Below, piece after piece: positions 55,453-64,000 of a stretch of DNA of 64,000 bases; the stretch's first letter is position 1, and each line of letters opens with the position of its first letter. The stretch comes from Gemmatimonadota bacterium (GTDB taxonomy: Bacteria; Gemmatimonadota; Gemmatimonadetes; Longimicrobiales; Gaopeijiaceae). The stretch lies in the NCBI GenBank assembly GCA_034521595.1, contig JAXHMG010000003.1, positions 448,001-512,000 of the forward strand, in the 5' to 3' direction. The notes under the pieces were generated by a model that saw only the letters and a list, made by a program, of their open reading frames with translations, had not been told where the DNA came from and searched no databases. Both the position numbers and the translations under genes were made by a program.

Positions 55453-58011
55453 ATGACGCGCTCAGCTATCACGCTCGTAGTCGGAGGCCTCCTACTGGCC
55501 GCCGCGCCGGACCGAGCCGTCTCCCAGGACGTGGAGATGCTCGGACAGCGCTACGGGACGCAGCCGCCGGAGGCGTACTACCGTGAGCGGGCCCGCAACC
55601 CCGATGCATACCGGTTCTCGAGGGGACGAGCGACCCGGATCCGTCCCGCCGGCGCGGCGGGGAGCGGAGACGACGGGTCGGGGGGCGGGGCGGGCGGACC
55701 GCTCCGGATCGCTCGGACCCTCGTCACGGAGTGGTGGAAGGCGACTTTGCGATCCCGGTGGTGCTCGGGCTCTTCGCCGACACCGAAGGCGGTGGGCCGT
55801 ACCCGGCGGACGAGATCGACGGTGAGTATTTCGGCGACGCGCCCGGGACGGTGCGAGCGTACTACGCGGAGGTGTCGGGGGGACGGGTCACGCTGGAGGG
55901 GGTGATCCGGACCGTGGGAGCGCGTGGACGAGCTCAGCACGAGGCGGAGGTGGCGCGGCGACGACGGGGCGCTCAGCGAGCGCGCCACGCTGGGCGAGGG
56001 CGGAATCGGCAACTTCATCTACCAGGCGGTGCAACAGGTCCTCGAGTCGGATCCGGACTTCGACTGGGGCCGGTTCGACAACGACGGCCCCGACGGGATC
56101 CCCAACTCGGGCGACGACGACGGATACGTGGACGCGCTGGCGGTCATGCATCCGACGCCGGGCGCCGAGTGCGACGGGGATCTGTCCCGCATCTGGTCGC
56201 ACAAGTGGAATCTGCGACGAGGCGCTCGAGGGATGAGGAAGGCGTCGGCGTCACGATCGAGACCCCGACGGTGCGGCCCGGGGGTGGCCCGATCCGGATC
56301 GACGACTACTTCGTCGTGCCCGCGATGGCCTGTCCGGATCTCGAGGAGGGCTCCCGGAGCCTGAACGAGATCGGGATCTTCACGCACGAGGTGGGACACG
56401 TGTTCGGGCTGCCGGACCTCTACGACGTGCGCAGCACGTCCGCCCACGCCGGCGTCGGCACCTGGGACCTGATGGCCTCGGGCGCGTGGGGGTGCGACAA
56501 CGATTCACCCGAGTCGCCCTGCCACATGGGTGCGTGGAGCAAGGCCATGCTCGGCTGGGTCGACGTCGTGGAGCTCGACGATGGCGTCGACCATGGGATG
56601 CGAACGTTGGGACCGGTTCAAGACGGGGGCGAGGTCTACCGGGTGCGGGCCCAGGATGGTTCCGGAGAGTACTTTCTGTTGGAGAATCGCACGCCGGTGG
56701 GCTTCGACAGCCAGCTCCACGGCGGTGGCGGTCTGTTGGTGTGGCAGGTGGATCCCGTGCGCGTGTCGAACCGTTGGGGCGCGAACACCGTGAACGGCAG
56801 CGACATGCCGGGGGTGCGCCTCCGCCAGGCGGACGGACGGGACGACCTGGGTCGAGTCGTCGGCGACCGCGGGGACGCGGGTGATCCGTTCCCGGGCGTG
56901 ACGGGAAACACCGTGTTTCACGCGGGCTCCACCCCTGCCGCGACGTCGTATGACGGCACGCCCACGGGCCTCACGGTGCTCGAGATCGAGCCCACGGGCT
57001 CGAACGTCGGGTTCCACGTGCTTACCCGCTTCTCGGCCGTCACGCTCGTCGCCGACGGCTCGGACGGCACGACGAACCTGTTCACGGTGGACGGTGCCGC
57101 GCCGCGCGCGTCCGGCGAGAGCTTCACGGCGGCCCCGTTCAGCACGCGTATCGTCGAGGCGGCGGCGGGCGAGCCGTTGGAACCGGGCGTACGGCGGCCC
57201 TTCGACAGTTGGCTCGACGAGGTCGCCGACCGGGTCCGTTCCGTCGAGATCCCGCTCGAGGACACGACGCTCACGGCCATCTACGATGACGACGCCAAGG
57301 AGGTCCGCCTCGAAGTCACCCTCGACGGGGGGGAGGATGGCATCGTGCCTGCGGTCGTGGAAAGCTTTCCGACGAGCCCGGACCTCTGGTTTCGGGAGCG
57401 CCGGGACGTGTCGGTGGAGGTGAAGCCACGAGCGGGATTCAGCTTCACGGAGTGGACCGGCGCGCTGGAGGGTGAAGCAAACCCCGCGTTCATCACGATG
57501 GATGCGCCGGTTACGGCGGGAGCGATTCTCGAGACCATCTATGAGGTCCCGTCCATGTCGTTTACGCCGGTCGCCGCACGGGACGCGCCGATCGAGCTTT
57601 CGGTCCTGAACGCGACCGACCCGGTGCGTTGGAGTCTCGTCGACGGGAAGCTTCCCGAAGGGCTCTCGCTCCGGAGTGGTGGCGTCGTCTCCGGCGCGGC
57701 GCTCGAGACCGGGACGTTCATCGTGACGGTCCGAGCCCGCGACGCCATCGGGCTCACGGCCGAAGGCGAGGTCACGCTCGAAGTGCACACGCCCGACATC
57801 CCGGGTGCTCGTGCAGCAAGCCCTTTTCTGGGGACGGACGCTTCCGTGTCCGAGGCGGAGAAGCGGTTCCTGGACCGCCGCGGCAACGGGAACGGACGAT
57901 ACGACCTCGGGGACCTCCGGGCCTGGGTCGCCGGTGACGAGGAAGCCACCGGTTCGGCAGAGCCGGTCTCCCGGGCCGAGGTCGGAACCCGACAAGGAGC
58001 GGCGACGGTGA
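55453..58011 (+). CDS. M6 (immune inhibitor A-like) secreted metalloprotease with Ig-like and dockerin-like C-terminal domains; several frameshifts
   Basis: Signal peptide, YYAEVS.G, FDNDGPDG..DDDGYVD, IWSHKW, HEVGHVFGLPDLY, LMASG, EYFLLENR; frame switches near 55715, 55915, 56230 and probably ~57950. Confidence 0.8.
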
Positions 58012-58411
58012 AGGTGACGACAAGGTTGTTCGAGACATTGCTTCTCGCTCATCGCTTGCCGTCATGGCGGTGGCGGGCTGCGATGCGGGACCGAGTGGCC
58101 CGGGGACGCTGGTCGCCACGGTGGATGCCGGCGACGCCTTGGGTGCGGTGACCCTCGAAGTCGTGGGCCCGGCGGTCACGGGCTTCGAAGGCGTTGGAAC
58201 CACACGGGCCTACGGCACCACCGTCTCGGCCAGAGAGAACCGGCACCGAGTGGTGCTCGTCGATCCGGAAGGCGGTGGCACGCTTCAGGTCGGCATCCGG
58301 GTCGAGGACCTTCGCGCGGACCTCCCGACCATCACGGCCGTTTCCGCGGCGGGGACGGACAACCTGGAGCGCGTCACCTCGGACATCGAGGTGAGCGTGG
58401 GCGCCCCCTGA
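58008..58411 (+). CDS. Small beta-sandwich lipoprotein; signal peptide apparently frameshifted
   Basis: AAGGAG RBS and GTG at 58008 (GTGA overlap); lipobox VAGC in the 58064 frame; beta-rich mature region. Confidence 0.55.
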
Positions 58412-58530
58412 CCGGCCGCCCGCGGCTCCCCGGGGACCGTCCGACGATCGCCCGCCTCGGCCACCCTTGCCGCGCGGGGAAGTGAGGCGTACCGTGCGAT
58501 GCGGGGTCCGAGGATCAGGCGAGGTCGCTC

Positions 58531-59094
58531 GTGGAACCAACGGGTCTGGTTTTATTCGGCCGCGCATACCACCTCTGCTCGCGCCTGGGCGGTGTGCAAG
58601 CGGCGCTGTTGTTCTCATTCGCATCGTCCGGATGCGTCGACAGCACCGGTCCGCCTCATCCCCTGATCGTGGAGACGGACTTCGCGCTCAGCCTCGGGAT
58701 CGACCTCGAGGAAATGACCCGGATCGGCGCGGGCGTCTACGTCCAGGACACGATCTCCGGCACCGGGACGAAGGTCGACGTCCACCACAGCGTGTCGTTC
58801 GCGTATGACCTCTTCCTCCCGGATGGACGGCGCGTGCTCCGGCGGGAAGGTGCCCATTTCGTCACCGGGTGTCGGCAGGTGGTGTCGGGCCTGGAGACGG
58901 GCATCCGCGGCATGCGTGTGGGCGGTACGCGCCTGATCGTGGTCCCGCCGCGCATGGGGTACGGGGAGGAGCCGCCGTGGCTGGTCGAAGTCCCGCCCTA
59001 TGCGATCCTCGTCTATTTCGTCGAGCTTCGCGACAGCCGGTCGGTGACGGAGCGCGAGCGACCGTGCGCGGCGGCGCCATCGGTGGCGCCATGA
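58531..59094 (+). CDS. FKBP-type peptidyl-prolyl isomerase (likely lipoprotein)
   Basis: GTG, VVSGLETGIRGMRVGGTRLIVVPP.MGYG, ILVYFVEL. Confidence 0.8.
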   Translation: MEPTGLVLFGRAYHLCSRLGGVQAALLFSFASSGCVDSTGPPHPLIVETDFALSLGIDLEEMTRIGAGVYVQDTISGTGTKVDVHHSVSFAYDLFLPDGRRVLRREGAHFVTGCRQVVSGLETGIRGMRVGGTRLIVVPPRMGYGEEPPWLVEVPPYAILVYFVELRDSRSVTERERPCAAAPSVAP

Positions 59095-59717
59095 GCCGCA
59101 TGCGGTGGATGCGATCGGCGCTCCTCGCCGCCTCATGGGTGGCTCTGGCCTGTGGACCTCTGGGCGCGCAGGGGTCGTTCTCTCTGGGGGCCGGCTTCGG
59201 GAGCTTCACGGGCGGAGACTTCTCCGGGACGCCTCCCGGAGTGACGGTCGGAGGCGCGTACCATATCGGGTTCGAAGAGACCTTCGACGACGACACCGAG
59301 CTCGCCCTGGGAATCGACTACTCCCGTTACGGAGATCACGGATTCGTCGGGGCCACCAAGCAGCTCGACTACGCGGCGACCCTCCGACGACGGATGCTCG
59401 GGCGGTTGCCGGAGCTGCTGCTCGGAATCCGCTTCGGGTACAGCACCCGGTCTCTGTCGCTGGTCGAAGAACCCGCGCACACGGATGGATTCTTGGCGGG
59501 CCCTGTTCTTTCGCTGAGGGCTCCGACGGGTCTGGGTTGGGCGTTCGATCTCTCGTTGGACGTCCTGTATCACTCCTACGAAGAGCTGATCATGTACGCC
59601 TCGCGGGAGTACGGCACCGATCAGGACGGATTCCGGGTCGTGCTGCGGGCGGGCGTGCTCGTTCCGGTGCTTTCGGGCGAGCGCGGCCGGATCCGCGAGT
59701 CGCCGAACGATCGATGA
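59091..59717 (+). CDS. Outer-membrane beta-barrel protein
   Basis: ATGA overlap with FKBP gene; signal peptide; alternating beta-strand pattern. Confidence 0.6.
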   Translation: MSRMRWMRSALLAASWVALACGPLGAQGSFSLGAGFGSFTGGDFSGTPPGVTVGGAYHIGFEETFDDDTELALGIDYSRYGDHGFVGATKQLDYAATLRRRMLGRLPELLLGIRFGYSTRSLSLVEEPAHTDGFLAGPVLSLRAPTGLGWAFDLSLDVLYHSYEELIMYASREYGTDQDGFRVVLRAGVLVPVLSGERGRIRESPNDR

Positions 59718-59893
59718 CGCTCGCCGGCCGGTCGGCGGCCCGATCTCGCCCCGGACGCGCTTGCCTGCACCCGCGAGTTCCATCACCTTACTCAGGCCTT
59801 CCGGCGGGCCCCTTCCCGAGGGGCGAAAGTCGGCCGGACCCGGCCATCCCTTGATCACCACTCCAGGCCGCCTGCACGGAGGAGGAGCAGTCC

Positions 59894-60010
59894 ATGACCG
59901 GAGCCACGTGGATCACGATGTTCGCGATCGTCGGCTTCGTCTGGGGTGGCTTCCTCCTCGTTCTGCTTACCGCGATCCGCAAAGAGTCCGGCAAGCTGGG
60001 CGATGAGTAG
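59894..60010 (+). CDS. MetS-like small subunit of NSS amino-acid transporter (38 aa)
   Basis: MTGATWITMFAIVGFVWGGFLLVLLTAIRKESGKLGDE after GGAGGAG; single TM with WGG motif; absent from the ORF track. Confidence 0.7.
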   Translation: MTGATWITMFAIVGFVWGGFLLVLLTAIRKESGKLGDE

Positions 60011-60055
60011 CATGCTTTCCCGCGTGCGGTGGCCCGGCATACCCGAGCGCTCCAC

Positions 60056-63300
<3,245 letters not shown>

Positions 63301-63304
<4 letters not shown>

Positions 63305-64000
63305 GCTCGGTGACCACGGGGTTTTACCTGCACCCCGCGTCCCCTCTCCACGATACCGGCTGGAGCCATCCCGAGCATCAGGGGCGCTTGCGAGCGCTGG
63401 CCTCGACCGTGGGTAATGACTTGCTCACGCTGCACGGGCACGTGACACCGTTCGAGCCGGAGGAAGCTGGCGAGGCCGAGATTCGGCGGGTCCACGAGGA
63501 CGGCCACGTCGAGCGGGTGAGGCGTGCGGTTTCGATGGCGAAGGAGCGTGATGCGATTGTCTCGATCGACGCGGACACCAAAGTTTCAGGTGAGTCGTGG
63601 GACGCTGCGGTGGGCAGTGCCGGAGCCGGCATCGCGGCCGCGAGAGCGGTCGCCGAAGGGGAGATACGTAACGCCTTCGTCGCGGCGCGTCCTCCGGGCC
63701 ATCACGCGACGCCGGGTCGTTCCATGGGCTTCTGCCTGTTCAACAACGTCGCCATCGCCGCGCGGTGGCTGCAGGCCGAGGGTTACGCGAAGCGCGTGCT
63801 GATCGTGGATTGGGACGTGCATCACGGGAACGGGACGCAAGATGCTTTCTACGAGGATCCGGACGTGTTCTTCCTGTCCTTCCATCAGTCACCGCACTAT
63901 CCCGGCACGGGTGCGGCGAGTGAAACGGGCTCGGGCCCCGGTGAGGGAAGCACGCGCAACGTGCCGCTGCCGGCGGGCACGCCGCGAGACGAGTACATGG
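63301..64000 (+). CDS. Histone deacetylase-family (AcuC/APAH-like) hydrolase, partial
   Basis: Translated from DNA: HPE...[36 protein letters not shown] overlap with carB. Confidence 0.92.

Overview
High-GC (roughly 68-70% by eye) bacterial chromosomal segment, densely coding, with no rRNA, tRNA, CRISPR or transposase seen. Gene content and style suggest Gemmatimonadota (inference). In order: a MutS-domain ATPase (partial), a broken dienelactone hydrolase, MscS, a tetrapyrrole/heme operon (hemB, a 38-aa sORF, hemA, hemC, hemD read through into hemL, hemE, hemH, hemY, a membrane protein) followed by a class II photolyase, a Tat-less molybdopterin oxidoreductase module (4Fe-4S/NrfD fusion, catalytic subunit, TorD-like chaperone), GT2, an SSS symporter plus nucleotidyltransferase, proBA, a divergent ACT-domain protein and a LysW (amino-group carrier protein) operon, a radical SAM protein, an ECF sigma/zinc anti-sigma/TonB-dependent receptor cluster, M14 and S51 peptidases, nfuA, glyQS, an NSS transporter, nth, a frameshift-rich HD/M6 protease region, an uncalled MetS-like small protein, carB and a partial HDAC-family gene. 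The best candidate for an undescribed system is the LysW operon (lysW-lysX-lysY-Ntn hydrolase-lysZ/lysJ fusion). It lacks lysK and instead carries a class II glutamine-amidotransferase-fold hydrolase that has lost the Asp that normally binds a free alpha-amino group, as expected for an enzyme releasing product from the C-terminal Glu of the carrier protein. All family calls come from motif recognition, not database searches.
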